Of a DNA stretch of 32,000 bases, positions 1 to 10,025 are shown one piece after another; the first letter of the stretch is position 1; each line of letters begins with the position of its first letter. The stretch comes from Candidatus Nitrospira inopinata (GTDB lineage Bacteria > Nitrospirota > Nitrospiria > Nitrospirales > Nitrospiraceae). A model generated the notes under the pieces. It searched no databases, was not told the DNA's origin, and worked only from the letters and a program-made list of their open reading frames with translations. The stretch is from contig NZ_LN885086.1 in the NCBI RefSeq assembly GCF_001458695.1, positions 750,001 through 782,000 on the forward strand, read 5' to 3'. The position numbers and the translations under genes were made by a program.

Positions 1-1196
1 GCCAGGGTCTTCTGATCAAAGAGACCTTGGGCGACACGAGCCACGCGCGGCAGAGAGAGTTCGTCAATATCCATCAGCATTTGTTCGAGACTCGTATGTT
101 GGCCGGCGATCAGCTCGTCTTTGGCGAGCTTGTTCATCCGGCTGTGTGAGCTTTCCAGGCTGAGCATTAAACTGCCTTTCATTTGTTCCTTCGCTCGCCT
201 CAACTCTTCTCCTTCAATGCCGTGAGCCGCAATCTTCCTGATTTCCCGCCTGATCACGTCAAGCACACGTTCCACTTCCCGAGCTCTGGTTCCGGCATAG
301 ATCGTAATGGTCCCCCCATCGGAGTATCCGGATAAAAACGAATAAATCGAGTAAGCCAGTCCTCGTTTCTCGCGAACTTCTTGGAAGAGACGAGAGCTCA
401 CGCTTCCGCCGAGCACGGTATTCAACGCATACACCGCGTAGCGATCTTTATGGCCGGCGGCAACCCCTTTGAGCCCGACGCAGAGATGCACCTGCTCCAG
501 CGGTTTCCGCTTGAGAATCACGCCGCCGCAAATCTCCGGCGGCCAGCGTTTTCGTCCGTTGGCGCCATCGGGAGAGACGGGAGAGCGGTGGTTCCCGAAG
601 AAACGATCAATCACTCTGTCCAGGCGGTTTTGGTCGAAATTTCCCGCGACGGCGAGCACCATGTCTTTCGGCTGATAGTGCATCGCGAGATAACGGCGCA
701 AATCGTCCCGTCGCAGTCCGGCGATCGTGGATTCCAGGCCAAGAACCGGTCGGCTGAGAGGATGACGCCCCATCACAAGCCCGGTGTGGAGTTCCTGAAC
801 CAAGTCCTCCGGATCGTCTTGCACCATGCGAATTTCTTCAAGCACGACCTGCTTTTCCTTTTCGATTTCCTTGGGGCTGAGGCGGGATCGGTATAAAAGG
901 TCCGCGAGCAGTTCGAGGGCTTGAGGGAGATGCTGATCGAGCACTTTGACATAAAACGTCGTCGTCTCGCGGGTGGTGAAGGCGTTCATTTCGCCTCCGA
1001 GCGCATCGATCTCTCGGGAGATGTCGATGGCCGAGCGGGTCTCCGTTCCCTTGAACAACATGTGTTCAAGAAAGTGGGAATACCCGGCTTCCGAAGGGGT
1101 TTCATCGCGGGAGCCGGCATTGACCCACATGCCGACCGTCACGGACTTGAGCGTGGGGATCCGTTCGGTGACCAGCCGAATTCCGTTATCAAGCAC
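1..1196 (-). CDS. M16 (pitrilysin/insulinase) family zinc peptidase, 3' end outside the window
   Basis: Absent from the ORF track because the frame runs off the left edge. My reverse-strand translation gives VLDNGIRLVTERIPTLKSVTVGMWVNAGSRDE, then GYSHFLEHMLFKGT (HxxEH motif encoded at 1059-1076), and later LGGSVSSRLFQEVREKRGLAYS (about 355-420). Both are M16 hallmarks. There is no in-frame ATG near the 5' end; GTG at 1196 is the first plausible start, 31 nt after the pnp stop. Confidence 0.8.
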   Translation of the reverse strand, partial: MLDNGIRLVTERIPTLKSVTVGMWVNAGSRDETPSEAGYSHFLEHMLFKGTETRSAIDISREIDALGGEMNAFTTRETTTFYVKVLDQHLPQALELLADLLYRSRLSPKEIEKEKQVVLEEIRMVQDDPEDLVQELHTGLVMGRHPLSRPVLGLESTIAGLRRDDLRRYLAMHYQPKDMVLAVAGNFDQNRLDRVIDRFFGNHRSPVSPDGANGRKRWPPEICGGVILKRKPLEQVHLCVGLKGVAAGHKDRYAVYALNTVLGGSVSSRLFQEVREKRGLAYSIYSFLSGYSDGGTITIYAGTRAREVERVLDVIRREIRKIAAHGIEGEELRRAKEQMKGSLMLSLESSHSRMNKLAKDELIAGQHTSLEQMLMDIDELSLPRVARVAQGLFDQKTL

Positions 1197-1227
1197 GCGT
1201 TTTCGATACGACGAACCGCTTTGCGGC

Positions 1228-3339
1228 TTACCCCTTTGCACCGCCTTCACCCTCGCCGGGAACCGGCATCGCATCTTTTCGGCTGAGTCGAATCTTGCCC
1301 TGCTTGTCGATTTCCAGCACCTTCACCAGCACTTGATCGCCTTCGGCCACTTCATCCGACACGGCCTTCACCCGATGGTGCGCCAACTGCGAAATGTGGA
1401 CCAATCCGTCAACGCCCGGCAACACTTCGACGAACGCTCCGAAATCCATGATCTTTTTCACCGTGCCCAAGTAGATCTTGCCGACTTCCACCTCTTCGGT
1501 GAGTCGGGCGATGATGTCTCGGGCCTTTTGCAGCGACGCCTCATCCGAAGACGCAATCGTGACGATGCCGCTGTCTTCGACGTTCACCTTGACGCCGCAA
1601 TCGGCTTGGATGCTCCGAATCGTTTTCCCTCCTTGACCGATGATTTCCCGAATTTTGTCTTGCTTGACCTTCATCGTAAAGATGCGCGGCGCGAACGGCG
1701 ACAAGTTAGGGCGAGCGCCGGAAAGCGCTTTGCTCATGTGCTCCAGTATGTGAATCCGTCCGACGCGGGCCTGCTCCAACGCCCGAAGCATCAGCTCCGT
1801 CGTAATCCCCCCGATCTTGATGTCCATCTGCAACGCTGTCACGCCGTTTTTCGTCCCGCACACTTTGAAATCCATATCGCCGAGATGGTCCTCGAGACCG
1901 AGAATATCGGACAGGATCATCACGCGGTCCCCTTCCTTGATAAGCCCCATCGCGATTCCGGCGACCGGTTCCTTGATCGGCACCCCCGCGTCCATCATCG
2001 CGAGGGTTCCACCGCACACGGTCGCCATAGAAGAAGATCCATTGGACTCCAGAATCTCCGAGACGATCCGGAGCGTGTACGGAAAGCCTTCTTTGCCGGG
2101 AATCACCGGTCTCAACGCTCGCTCGGCCAAGGCTCCATGGCCGACCTCCCGCCGGCCCGGCGATCGAAGGGGACGCGCTTCACCGACACTGAACGGCGGG
2201 AAGTTGTAATGGAGCATAAAAGCCCTCGTGTATTCGCCCTCCAACGCGTCGATCCGCTGCTCATCGTCCGTCGTGCCAAGCGTGACCACCGCCAGACTCT
2301 GCGTTTCACCGCGCGTGAACAGGGCGGACCCGTGCGTGCGGGGGAGCACTCCCACTTCGCACGTGATCGGCCTGATATCCGCGGGACCTCGGCCGTCCGC
2401 ACGCGTGCCTTTTTCAAGGATCATATTCCGAACTTCCGAGTACTCCAACCCATGGAACACGATTCTGATATGGCGCTCGCTGTCCGGATTGTCCGGATCC
2501 TTGAGTTGTTCGATCGCCTGCTCCAGCACCTGATCCAAGCGCTCCTGGCGAGCCGTCTTATTGGGGATCATAATGGCGTCGCGAATGGACTGCGCCACCG
2601 TCTCTTTCACTTTCTCCGCCAGCGCCGGATCGATCGCTTCCGCTTGAACCGTTCGTTTCTTATTGCCGACTTTTTCGGCCAACTCCGAGATCTTCGCGAC
2701 GATCTTTTTAATTTCGGCGTGAGCCAGCTCGAGCGCTTCGAGCATGACGGCTTCCGGCAATTCATCGGCTCCGCCTTCCACCATCATCACGGCGTCGGCG
2801 GTCCCGGCCACCACCAAATGCAGTTCGCTCTTTTCCATGGTGTCAAGGTCGGGGTTCACGATGAATCGGCCGTTGACACGCCCGATCTTTACACCGGCGA
2901 CCGGCCCCAGAAATGGAATCGGCGAAACGGATAAGGCGGCGGCCGCAGCCGTAATCCCGATCACGTCCGACGAGCCGGTCTTGTCCGCTGAAAGCACGGA
3001 CGCGATCACCTGCGTTTCAAAGTAATATCCTTCCGGGAACAGAGGTCTCAAAGGGCGATCGATGAGACGGCTCGTGAGTATTTCTTTCTCGGACGGCCGC
3101 CCCTCGCGTTTAAAGTACCCTCCCGGAATTTTTCCGGCCGCGTAGGTCTTTTCCTGATAATCGACGGTCAGCGGGAGAAAATCCGTTCCCGGCTTCGCCG
3201 TCTGCGCCGCCACGGCCGTGGCCAAAACCACCGTATCTCCGTACGACGCCCATATCGACCCGTCCGCTTGCTTGGCGACCCTCCCGGTTTCCAACCGGAG
3301 GATGCGGCCTGCGATTTCGATTTCAACCGAATGCACCAT
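1228..3339 (-). CDS. pnp: polynucleotide phosphorylase (polyribonucleotide nucleotidyltransferase)
   Basis: 703-aa ORF with two RNase PH-like halves, a KH segment and a C-terminal S1 segment (GKIYLGTVKKIMDFGAFVEV...GLVHISQLA). Sits in the conserved position after rpsO. AAGGAAGGAG Shine-Dalgarno lies just upstream of the ATG. Confidence 0.97.
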   Translation of the reverse strand: MVHSVEIEIAGRILRLETGRVAKQADGSIWASYGDTVVLATAVAAQTAKPGTDFLPLTVDYQEKTYAAGKIPGGYFKREGRPSEKEILTSRLIDRPLRPLFPEGYYFETQVIASVLSADKTGSSDVIGITAAAAALSVSPIPFLGPVAGVKIGRVNGRFIVNPDLDTMEKSELHLVVAGTADAVMMVEGGADELPEAVMLEALELAHAEIKKIVAKISELAEKVGNKKRTVQAEAIDPALAEKVKETVAQSIRDAIMIPNKTARQERLDQVLEQAIEQLKDPDNPDSERHIRIVFHGLEYSEVRNMILEKGTRADGRGPADIRPITCEVGVLPRTHGSALFTRGETQSLAVVTLGTTDDEQRIDALEGEYTRAFMLHYNFPPFSVGEARPLRSPGRREVGHGALAERALRPVIPGKEGFPYTLRIVSEILESNGSSSMATVCGGTLAMMDAGVPIKEPVAGIAMGLIKEGDRVMILSDILGLEDHLGDMDFKVCGTKNGVTALQMDIKIGGITTELMLRALEQARVGRIHILEHMSKALSGARPNLSPFAPRIFTMKVKQDKIREIIGQGGKTIRSIQADCGVKVNVEDSGIVTIASSDEASLQKARDIIARLTEEVEVGKIYLGTVKKIMDFGAFVEVLPGVDGLVHISQLAHHRVKAVSDEVAEGDQVLVKVLEIDKQGKIRLSRKDAMPVPGEGEGGAKG

Positions 3340-3363
3340 CTATGGTCTCCTTCCTTATGATCC

Positions 3364-3503
3364 CACAGATGCCCACAGAGATAAGCTCCGCTCATAGCCG
3401 TTGCGGCGTCGACTCCGACAGACGGCGGAGGCGGAACACCGTTTCAGTGGAGTCCCCGCCACCCGAACGTTGCGAATGGAGCCTATGTCCGTGTTCACCT
3501 GTG
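3364..3503 (-). promoter_or_regulatory. long imperfect hairpin in the rpsO-pnp intergenic leader (candidate processing or autoregulatory stem)
   Basis: On the minus-strand RNA, the arm at 3503-3478 (CACAGGTGAACACGGACATAGGCTCC) pairs with the arm at 3389-3364 (GGAGCTTATCTCTGTGGGCATCTGTG). 23 of 26 positions pair. Three of these are G-U pairs that would be A-C mismatches on the other strand. The base of the stem is about 8 nt upstream of the pnp Shine-Dalgarno. Confidence 0.4.
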
Positions 3504-3558
3504 CGACGTGGTTATGATCCCGCGGCGTGGACCCGGCCTCACCGCGCCATCCATCTTT

Positions 3559-3828
3559 TTACTTTCGAATGCCCAGTCGATCAATGAGCGCCCGATACCC
3601 GGCATGATCAATGTCGCGGAGGTAATCCAGCAGCCGACGCCGACGCCCGACCAATTGCAACAATCCTCGGCGGGAATGATGGTCCTTCTTGTGGGTCTTG
3701 AAATGCTCGGTCAAGTAGGTAATGCGGTTGGTCAGTACCGCAATTTGAACCTCCGGCGATCCGGAATCTTTTTCATGCCTCCGATGCTGTGCGATCAATG
3801 CTGCTTTCGCTTCTTTCTGTAGGGCCAT
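3559..3828 (-). CDS. rpsO: 30S ribosomal protein S15
   Basis: [57 protein letters not shown]... is a typical 89-aa S15. The ORF-track start at 3864 adds 12 residues and overlaps the truB end. The ATG at 3828 is preceded by AAGGAG about 8 nt upstream. Confidence 0.93.
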   Translation of the reverse strand: MALQKEAKAALIAQHRRHEKDSGSPEVQIAVLTNRITYLTEHFKTHKKDHHSRRGLLQLVGRRRRLLDYLRDIDHAGYRALIDRLGIRK

Positions 3829-3860
3829 GTCTCTTGCTCCTTTCTTGTGTCCCTTTTTTG

Positions 3861-4814
3861 TCAATTCGCCGCTTCGATTTCCGCCAACACCTTGTGAGCC
3901 TTGATCAGCCCGGGCGCGCGCGCGTCGGGAACACCGATCCCCAACAACCGCCCGCCCTTATCCTCCAATCTGATTGCAATCGGATGACCGACGGAAGACG
4001 GCCACGGTCCCGTCTGAACGATGGCACCACCGTGCAACACGATCCGAACCTGCTCATCGGTCACGACGATCGAAGGCAGGCGCGCCAACGCCTGACCGAT
4101 CGTCAATAGCCGCTCACGGATCGTTCCCCCCTCCGCATCGGCAATGATCTGCCGCATCGTCGCCGCTTGCGCAATGGACCACGGCCCGACGCGAAGCCGC
4201 TCAAGCGCGAGGAGGTGCCCGCCGACGCCCAGCGCGCGCCCGATGTCGGCACAGAGCGTGCGGACATAGGTTCCCTTCGAGCAGACGACGCGCAGCGTGA
4301 CATCCCGACCGTCGACGGCGAGAACGTCCAACGCATGAACGACGATTGTCCGTTCAGGCCGTTCTATCGTCTTGCCGGCCCGTGCGGCTTTGTAGAGCGG
4401 TCGCCCTCCGACTTTGACCGCCGAATACATCGGCGGCACTTGACGCTGCGGACCGCGAAAACCGGCGACCACCTCGCGAACGGCCGTTTCGCTCACTGCA
4501 ACGACGTCGCTTCGGGCGATGACCCGGCCGGTTGCGTCCTCGGTATCGGTGGATTCCCCCAGCCGGAGAACCGCCCGATATTCCTTGTCCCAACCAACGA
4601 CATATTCGGCAACTCTGGTGGCGCGCCCTATCAGCACCGGCAGAACGCCCGTGGCGGCCGGATCCAGCGTTCCCGCATGACCGACCTTGACGCCCCCCAA
4701 CAGCCCTCGCACTTTGGCGACGACGTCATGAGACGTCCACCCCGCCTCTTTGTTCGCAATGAGGATACCGTCCAGGTCGGCGGTTTGCCGACCGCTATGT
4801 ATCGAGGCGACCAT
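3861..4814 (-). CDS. truB: tRNA pseudouridine(55) synthase
   Basis: [48 protein letters not shown] contains the TruB catalytic-Asp motif (HAGTLDP). The C-terminal part looks PUA-like. Conserved position after rbfA. Confidence 0.93.
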   Translation of the reverse strand: MVASIHSGRQTADLDGILIANKEAGWTSHDVVAKVRGLLGGVKVGHAGTLDPAATGVLPVLIGRATRVAEYVVGWDKEYRAVLRLGESTDTEDATGRVIARSDVVAVSETAVREVVAGFRGPQRQVPPMYSAVKVGGRPLYKAARAGKTIERPERTIVVHALDVLAVDGRDVTLRVVCSKGTYVRTLCADIGRALGVGGHLLALERLRVGPWSIAQAATMRQIIADAEGGTIRERLLTIGQALARLPSIVVTDEQVRIVLHGGAIVQTGPWPSSVGHPIAIRLEDKGGRLLGIGVPDARAPGLIKAHKVLAEIEAAN

Positions 4815-4817
4815 GGA

Positions 4818-5231
4818 CTAGGATTCCGGCGTCGCGACATCAGGAACCGGGGAGGAAGTCGGCTCAGCGTTTCTTGCTTGACCTTCATGCAAAGCGTCCA
4901 GCAGTTGCAAGATGCGATCGCCTCGTGTCCCGCTGACATCTTTCCTGAAAATCACTTCGGGAAGATACCGCAACGTCAGACGCCTGCCCAATTCGGACCT
5001 GACGAACCCGCTCGCGTTCGACAACCCGGCAAAGATTGCTTCTTCGGCTTCTCCCGTTTCCATCGTCGTCACGAAGACATGGGCGATGCGCAGGTCCGCG
5101 GTCATTTCGACGCCGGTCACCGTCACGAACCGGACCCGCGGATCCTTGATTTTCCGCATCAGAATATCGGCCACTTCGATCCGAATTTGATCCGCCACCC
5201 GCTCCGCCCGCTTGTAGGCCGTTTTGGACAT
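4818..5231 (-). CDS. rbfA: ribosome-binding factor A
   Basis: RAERVADQIRIEVADILMRKIKDPRVRFVTVTGVEMTADLRIAHVFV is a typical RbfA N-terminal half. Conserved position after infB. Confidence 0.92.
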   Translation of the reverse strand: MSKTAYKRAERVADQIRIEVADILMRKIKDPRVRFVTVTGVEMTADLRIAHVFVTTMETGEAEEAIFAGLSNASGFVRSELGRRLTLRYLPEVIFRKDVSGTRGDRILQLLDALHEGQARNAEPTSSPVPDVATPES

Positions 5232-5282
5232 CGTGCGGGGATCTCCCGGCTGACCGTTTCGACCCGATCATCGTGCGACTGC

Positions 5283-5564
5283 TTAGAGGACTTCAAACTG
5301 CGCGCGAACAACTTCGACGACGGGCACGCCCTTGATGACGTTCAACGCCTGCTCCAGCACGCTGTTCACGTGGCCGCTTTCATTCGACACGCAGGCCACG
5401 GCCAAGACCGCCTTTTGCCAGAGATCCTGACCGTCCACTTCGGCGACGGAGACATTGAACGTTCCGCGCAGCCGATCCTTGAGACTATGCAACACCTGCC
5501 GCTTATCCTTAAGCGACCGGCTTTCGGCCAGAAAAAGTTCAACAGTGCAAAGCCCCACCACCAT
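5283..5564 (-). CDS. DUF503 (YlxP-like) protein
   Basis: 93 aa starting MVVGLCTVELFLAESRSLKDKRQVLHSLKDRL... Size, sequence pattern and position between infB and rbfA match the YlxP/DUF503 family as I recall it. Confidence 0.75.
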   Translation of the reverse strand: MVVGLCTVELFLAESRSLKDKRQVLHSLKDRLRGTFNVSVAEVDGQDLWQKAVLAVACVSNESGHVNSVLEQALNVIKGVPVVEVVRAQFEVL

Positions 5565-5581
5565 GTGCGTTCCGTATCGAC

Positions 5582-8179
5582 TCAGAGCTTGGCGGCTATT
5601 TTGTCGATGGCAAAGGCTTCGATGATGTCGCCGACCTTCACGTCGTTGAAGTTTTCAACGCTGAGGCCGCATTCGTATCCCTGTTGGACTTCACGCACGT
5701 CGTCCTTGAACCGCCGCAACGACGCCAATTTGCCTTGATACACCACGACGTTGTCCCTGATGACGCGCACGCCGGCGCTGGTTCGCGAGATCGTCCCGTC
5801 GAGCACGTAGCAACCGGCCACCGTCCCGACCTTCTGAATCGTGAACACTTGCCGGACTTCGGCCCGCCCCAAGGTTCGTTCTTTCAACGTCGGCTCAAGC
5901 AGCCCTTCCATCGCCGCCTTCACGTCGGCGATGGCGTCATAGATGACCGTATAGAGTCTGATGTCGACCCCCTGCTGTTCCGCCAGCGAAGCGGCCTTCG
6001 GATCCGGCCTGACGTTGAAGCCGATAATCACGGCGCGGGAAGCGGCGGCCAACAGCACGTCGGACTCCATGATCCCTCCCACGCCGTTGTGGATGACGCG
6101 CAGCTTGACGGCGTCCGTCGAAAGCTTTTCCACCGCCCCGGCCAACGCTTCCGAGGACCCCTGCACGTCGGCCTTGATGACGATGGCCAGCTCCTTGACC
6201 GCCCCCTCCTGAATTTTCGCAAAGAGATCGTCGAGCGACACCTTGGCCGGGCCGGCCAACTCGGAGGCCTTCCGTTTTTGCGCCCTCTCCTCGGCAATCT
6301 GCCTCGCCATCCGTTCATCCGAGACCACCTGGAAGACGTCCCCCGCCGAAGGAACCCCGGGCAACCCTATCACTTCGATTGGAATGGACGGACCAGCCTG
6401 CTGAATCTTGACTCCTTGGTCGTTGATCAGCGCCCGAACTCGCCCGCTGAATGTCCCCACGACGAAAGCGTCCCCGACTTTAAGTGTTCCGCTCTGGACC
6501 AGGACGGTCGCAACGGGACCTCTCCCTCGCTCCATCTTCGCTTCAATGACGGTTCCTTTGGCCTGACGGTGAGGATCGGCTTTGAGTTCGAGCACCTCCG
6601 CCTGCAATAGAATCATTTCCAACAACGTATCCAAACCGGTTTTCTGTCTGGCCGACACCTCGACCATGATGGTATCGCCGCCCCAGGCCTCCGGGATCAG
6701 CCCATGTTCCGCAAGGGCGTTCTTGACACGTTCGGGGTTCGCTTCCGGCTTGTCGATTTTGTTGATGGCGACCATCAGCGAGACCCCCGCAGCCTTTGCA
6801 TGGTGAATCGCTTCGATCGTTTGCGGCATCACCCCGTCGTCCGCGGCCACGACCAGCACCACGATGTCGGTCACCCTGGCGCCGCGGGCGCGCATCGCGG
6901 TAAAGGCCTCGTGGCCGGGCGTGTCAAGGAACGTGACCAGTTTGTCGTGCACCGGCACGGTATAGGCGCCGATATGCTGCGTAATCCCGCCGGCCTCGCC
7001 TTCCGCTACTTTCGTCTGTCGAATCGCATCCAACAGCGATGTCTTGCCGTGATCGACATGACCCATGATGGTCACGACGGGAGGCCGCGGCTCAAGCCGT
7101 TCGGTTCCCTCTGTTTCAACCGCTTCTTTGAGCAATTCTTCGCCGCCCTTTTCAGCGGCCACTTCGATTTTTACGCCGCTCTGCTCGGCAAAGACCGACG
7201 CCGCATCCAGATTCATCGGCTGATTGATGGTGAGCATCTGTCCCATTTCCATCAGTTTTCGAACGATGTCCGCCGGTCTCTGCCCGATCAATTCGGCGAA
7301 TTCTTTGACCGTTATTCCGGGGGCCACCTTGACGCTTTTTTTACGCGGCTTGGTGATTTCGCTTGGAGCGCTGTGGTGGAATTGCTTGGAGCGATCGTCT
7401 CGACGCTGGACGGGAATCGCCCGGAGATCTTGCCAGCGGGCGGCGTCTTCGCGAAATCGAAGATCTTGCTCGTCGTCTTTGGATCGTACGGGCTTGCGCC
7501 CCTTTTTCAGTTTGTCCCGCTGCCCCTCGGCTTCGATGGCTTCGAACGCCATGCTCTTTTTTTTGCCCGTCACCGGCTCAAGAGTGACCGTCGCGCTCAA
7601 AGGCGCGGTGCTCGTCGGCTTGGCGACAACGGACTCAGCGGGCGGCGCAACCGGTTGAGGCGGAGGCGTTACTCCCGGCGTCGGCGCCGCGGTCTCGGCC
7701 TCCATGGAAACAACGGGAGCACTCCGCTCAATGTCCGATGGAATCGGAGCGACCGGCGGAGGATGAGAAACGGCGCCGGAGGGAGCGGGGGAACCTGTGA
7801 CGGAAGCGGCGGCCGCCGATTCGAGATCGGGAGCAGGGGGGGATAATGTGACGACAAGCTCCGCCGGCTCTTCCTCTTTCTTACGCTTGATCAGAATGCG
7901 CCGCTTTTCCGGTTTGGCCGACTGTTCGGCAATCGAGCTTTTCATGGTCTCCGCTCTGGTGGAGCCGTGGTCATGAGCCGGTCTTCCGCCCTGTCCCAAA
8001 CCGGGCCGCCCCTCTCCTTTGGACGCCGGAAGAAATTTGTCCAACACCTTCTGCACATCACTGTCATCAAGCGTGCTGCTGTGGGAGGCAACGGTAATCC
8101 CCAACTTCTTGAGTTCGGGCAGGAGCGTCTTGTTCTCCATCCCGAGTTTCTTGGCCAGTTCATATACGCGCATGCCCAT
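5582..8179 (-). CDS. infB: translation initiation factor IF-2
   Basis: 865 aa. N-terminal [11 protein letters not shown], a Pro/Ala-rich linker and G-domain motifs ([21 protein letters not shown]). The start could be the ATG at 8179 or the one at 8173. Confidence 0.97.
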   Translation of the reverse strand: MGMRVYELAKKLGMENKTLLPELKKLGITVASHSSTLDDSDVQKVLDKFLPASKGEGRPGLGQGGRPAHDHGSTRAETMKSSIAEQSAKPEKRRILIKRKKEEEPAELVVTLSPPAPDLESAAAASVTGSPAPSGAVSHPPPVAPIPSDIERSAPVVSMEAETAAPTPGVTPPPQPVAPPAESVVAKPTSTAPLSATVTLEPVTGKKKSMAFEAIEAEGQRDKLKKGRKPVRSKDDEQDLRFREDAARWQDLRAIPVQRRDDRSKQFHHSAPSEITKPRKKSVKVAPGITVKEFAELIGQRPADIVRKLMEMGQMLTINQPMNLDAASVFAEQSGVKIEVAAEKGGEELLKEAVETEGTERLEPRPPVVTIMGHVDHGKTSLLDAIRQTKVAEGEAGGITQHIGAYTVPVHDKLVTFLDTPGHEAFTAMRARGARVTDIVVLVVAADDGVMPQTIEAIHHAKAAGVSLMVAINKIDKPEANPERVKNALAEHGLIPEAWGGDTIMVEVSARQKTGLDTLLEMILLQAEVLELKADPHRQAKGTVIEAKMERGRGPVATVLVQSGTLKVGDAFVVGTFSGRVRALINDQGVKIQQAGPSIPIEVIGLPGVPSAGDVFQVVSDERMARQIAEERAQKRKASELAGPAKVSLDDLFAKIQEGAVKELAIVIKADVQGSSEALAGAVEKLSTDAVKLRVIHNGVGGIMESDVLLAAASRAVIIGFNVRPDPKAASLAEQQGVDIRLYTVIYDAIADVKAAMEGLLEPTLKERTLGRAEVRQVFTIQKVGTVAGCYVLDGTISRTSAGVRVIRDNVVVYQGKLASLRRFKDDVREVQQGYECGLSVENFNDVKVGDIIEAFAIDKIAAKL

Positions 8180-8203
8180 CGGAGAATCCCGTCTTCTTAA
8201 ATC

Positions 8204-9361
8204 CTAACTGCTTGAGACCTCGTCGGCTTCGGCTCTGGCCGCTCGCCGCGCTTCTTCCTGCAGCCGTTGCGCTTCAGCCTCTTCCGCCAGTGCGGCTTTA
8301 ATTTCCTTATCCCGTTCCACTTTTTCCTTTTCGTATTCCGTTGCGCTGATGATGTCGATCTTCCACCCGGTCAACCTCGCCGCCAGCCTGACGTTCTGCC
8401 CGTTTTTCCCGATGGCCAGAGAAAGCTGCGAATCGGCCGCGACGACCAGCGCCGACTTCTTTTCTTCGTCGATACCGACCTTTTCGATTGTCGCCGGGTT
8501 CAACGCTTCCGCGATAAACACCCGCGGGTCCTGCGTCCAGGTGATGATGTCGATTTTTTCGCCGCGCAACTCCCGAACCACGGCCTGCACCCGTGACCCC
8601 TTGACGCCTACGCAAGCCCCCACCGGATCAACCCCCTTTTCCCGAGACACGACGGCAATCTTGGTGCGATCACCCGGCTCTCGAACGACCGACTTGATCT
8701 CGATGATCTTCTCCATGATCTCCGGCACCTCGAGCTCGAACAATTTCGCGACGAATTGCGGATGGCTCCGGGAAAGAATGACCTGAACGTCCTTCGGCGT
8801 GCGACGCACCTCGAGCAGCAAGGCCTTGATTCGATCGCCTCGGCGATACGTTTCCCGTGGAATTTGCTCTTGTATGGGGAGAATCGCCTCCGTTTTCCCG
8901 ATATCGACGATGTAGTTCCGTCGCTCCATGCCCAGAATGACGCCGTTCACCAGATCGCCCTGGCGCGTCGAGTATTCCTTTTGGACGGCCTCCCATTCCG
9001 CTTCCCGGACCTTTTGGAAGATGACCTGTTTGGCGGTTTGCGCCGCAATCCGCCCCAGCTCGTTCATTTCAATCAACGATCCGATTTCATCTCCGATCTC
9101 GGCGTCCGCGTCATACTGGCGGGCTTCCGCCAACGAGATTTCCGCCTTCGGGTTGGTGACCTGATCGACGATGACTTTTTTGGAAACGACGGAGATTTCT
9201 CCGGTTTTGGGATCGATTTCGACCTGAATGTTCTCCGCTTGGCCGAACCGTTTCTTGGCCGCCGTCTGCAAGGCGGACTCGATGGCCCCGATCACCCGCG
9301 CCTTATCGATCCCTTTTTGACGTCCGATCTCGTCGATCACGGAGATCAGTTCTCGGTTCAT
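8204..9361 (-). CDS. nusA: transcription termination/antitermination factor NusA
   Basis: 385 aa with a NusA N-terminal domain, an S1 segment (GDLVNGVILGMERRNYIVDIG) and two KH segments. Short acidic tail with no C-terminal AR repeats. Confidence 0.96.
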   Translation of the reverse strand: MNRELISVIDEIGRQKGIDKARVIGAIESALQTAAKKRFGQAENIQVEIDPKTGEISVVSKKVIVDQVTNPKAEISLAEARQYDADAEIGDEIGSLIEMNELGRIAAQTAKQVIFQKVREAEWEAVQKEYSTRQGDLVNGVILGMERRNYIVDIGKTEAILPIQEQIPRETYRRGDRIKALLLEVRRTPKDVQVILSRSHPQFVAKLFELEVPEIMEKIIEIKSVVREPGDRTKIAVVSREKGVDPVGACVGVKGSRVQAVVRELRGEKIDIITWTQDPRVFIAEALNPATIEKVGIDEEKKSALVVAADSQLSLAIGKNGQNVRLAARLTGWKIDIISATEYEKEKVERDKEIKAALAEEAEAQRLQEEARRAARAEADEVSSS

Positions 9362-9412
9362 GCGTCACGCTCCTGCTGTTTGTCGGAGACATCCGCCGGG
9401 CTTGCCATCGGT

Positions 9413-9904
9413 TTAAATTTTGACCACCAGCTTTGCCTCGGCAATGGATTCGCGATCAAGTGTCACTCTCTCCGGCTCGTTTGCTCCCCCTGCCACGGAC
9501 AAGCAAACCCCTTGCTCATTGACGGCTTCAAGCCTCCCCACCAGGCGCCACTGACCGTTCAGCGGTTGTCGCAGCTTCAAGCTGACGTCTTTCCCGATCG
9601 CTCTCTGATAATCCTGAAGACGCTTGAAGGGCCGATCCAGCCCCGGTGAAGAGACTTCCAACGTATAGGCGTGTGGGATGAGATCGGCGACATCCAGAGC
9701 CGGTCCCAACGCCTTATGCGCTCGTTCGCAGTCGGTGACGGTGACACCGCCCGGCTTATCGATCACGATACGGAGGACGGAGCGAGACCCCTGTCCCGCC
9801 CACACAACTTCGACCAACTCCAACCCCAACGCCCAGAGAATCGGCAAAACGGCGTCCTGCACGCGGTCGACGACCGAATGCGCAACGCGGCTCTTCGTGC
9901 TCAA
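9413..9904 (-). CDS. rimP: ribosome maturation factor RimP
   Basis: LPILWALGLELVEVVWAGQGSRSVLRIVIDKPGGVTVTDCERAHKAL...YTLEVSSPGLDRPF is typical RimP. The ORF-track start at 10000 would place an intrinsic terminator (9949-9978) inside the gene. TTG at 9904, preceded by GAGGAAACAGGGGAAAG, is the first plausible start downstream of that terminator. The exact start is uncertain. Confidence 0.8.
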   Translation of the reverse strand: MSTKSRVAHSVVDRVQDAVLPILWALGLELVEVVWAGQGSRSVLRIVIDKPGGVTVTDCERAHKALGPALDVADLIPHAYTLEVSSPGLDRPFKRLQDYQRAIGKDVSLKLRQPLNGQWRLVGRLEAVNEQGVCLSVAGGANEPERVTLDRESIAEAKLVVKI

Positions 9905-9948
9905 CCAGCTTTCCCCTGTTTCCTCATCATTTGTTTGACTGTAGGAGC

Positions 9949-9978
9949 CCAAACAAAAAAGTGGGCCTGAGCCCACTT
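9949..9978 (-). terminator. Rho-independent terminator closing the upstream minus-strand operon
   Basis: Minus strand reads AAGTGGGC-TCAG-GCCCACTT followed by TTTTGTTT. That is a perfect 8-bp stem (6 G/C-rich pairs plus 2 A-U), a 4-nt loop and a U-tract, 47 nt after the aminotransferase stop. Confidence 0.8.
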
Positions 9979-10025
9979 CCAACCGGCTGCACCATACCAT
10001 GCGCTGACCGGCAAAGCAAGGGGCG

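Noticed and set aside
973-2934. 653-aa plus-strand ORF antisense to pnp. Similar long antisense ORFs occur at 4167-5738 (crossing four genes), 6704-7846, 19295-20245, 23225-24838 and 27278-28336.
   Set aside because: These are shadow ORFs, as expected opposite real genes in GC-rich DNA. They are rich in Arg, His, Pro and Gly, carry no recognisable motifs, and every one lies opposite a gene with strong family signatures.
3505-3555. Hairpin directly after the rpsO stop (CGCGGTG...CACGCCGCG) as an rpsO terminator.
   Set aside because: The stem is only 7 bp with a bulge and no U-tract follows, so I did not call a terminator.
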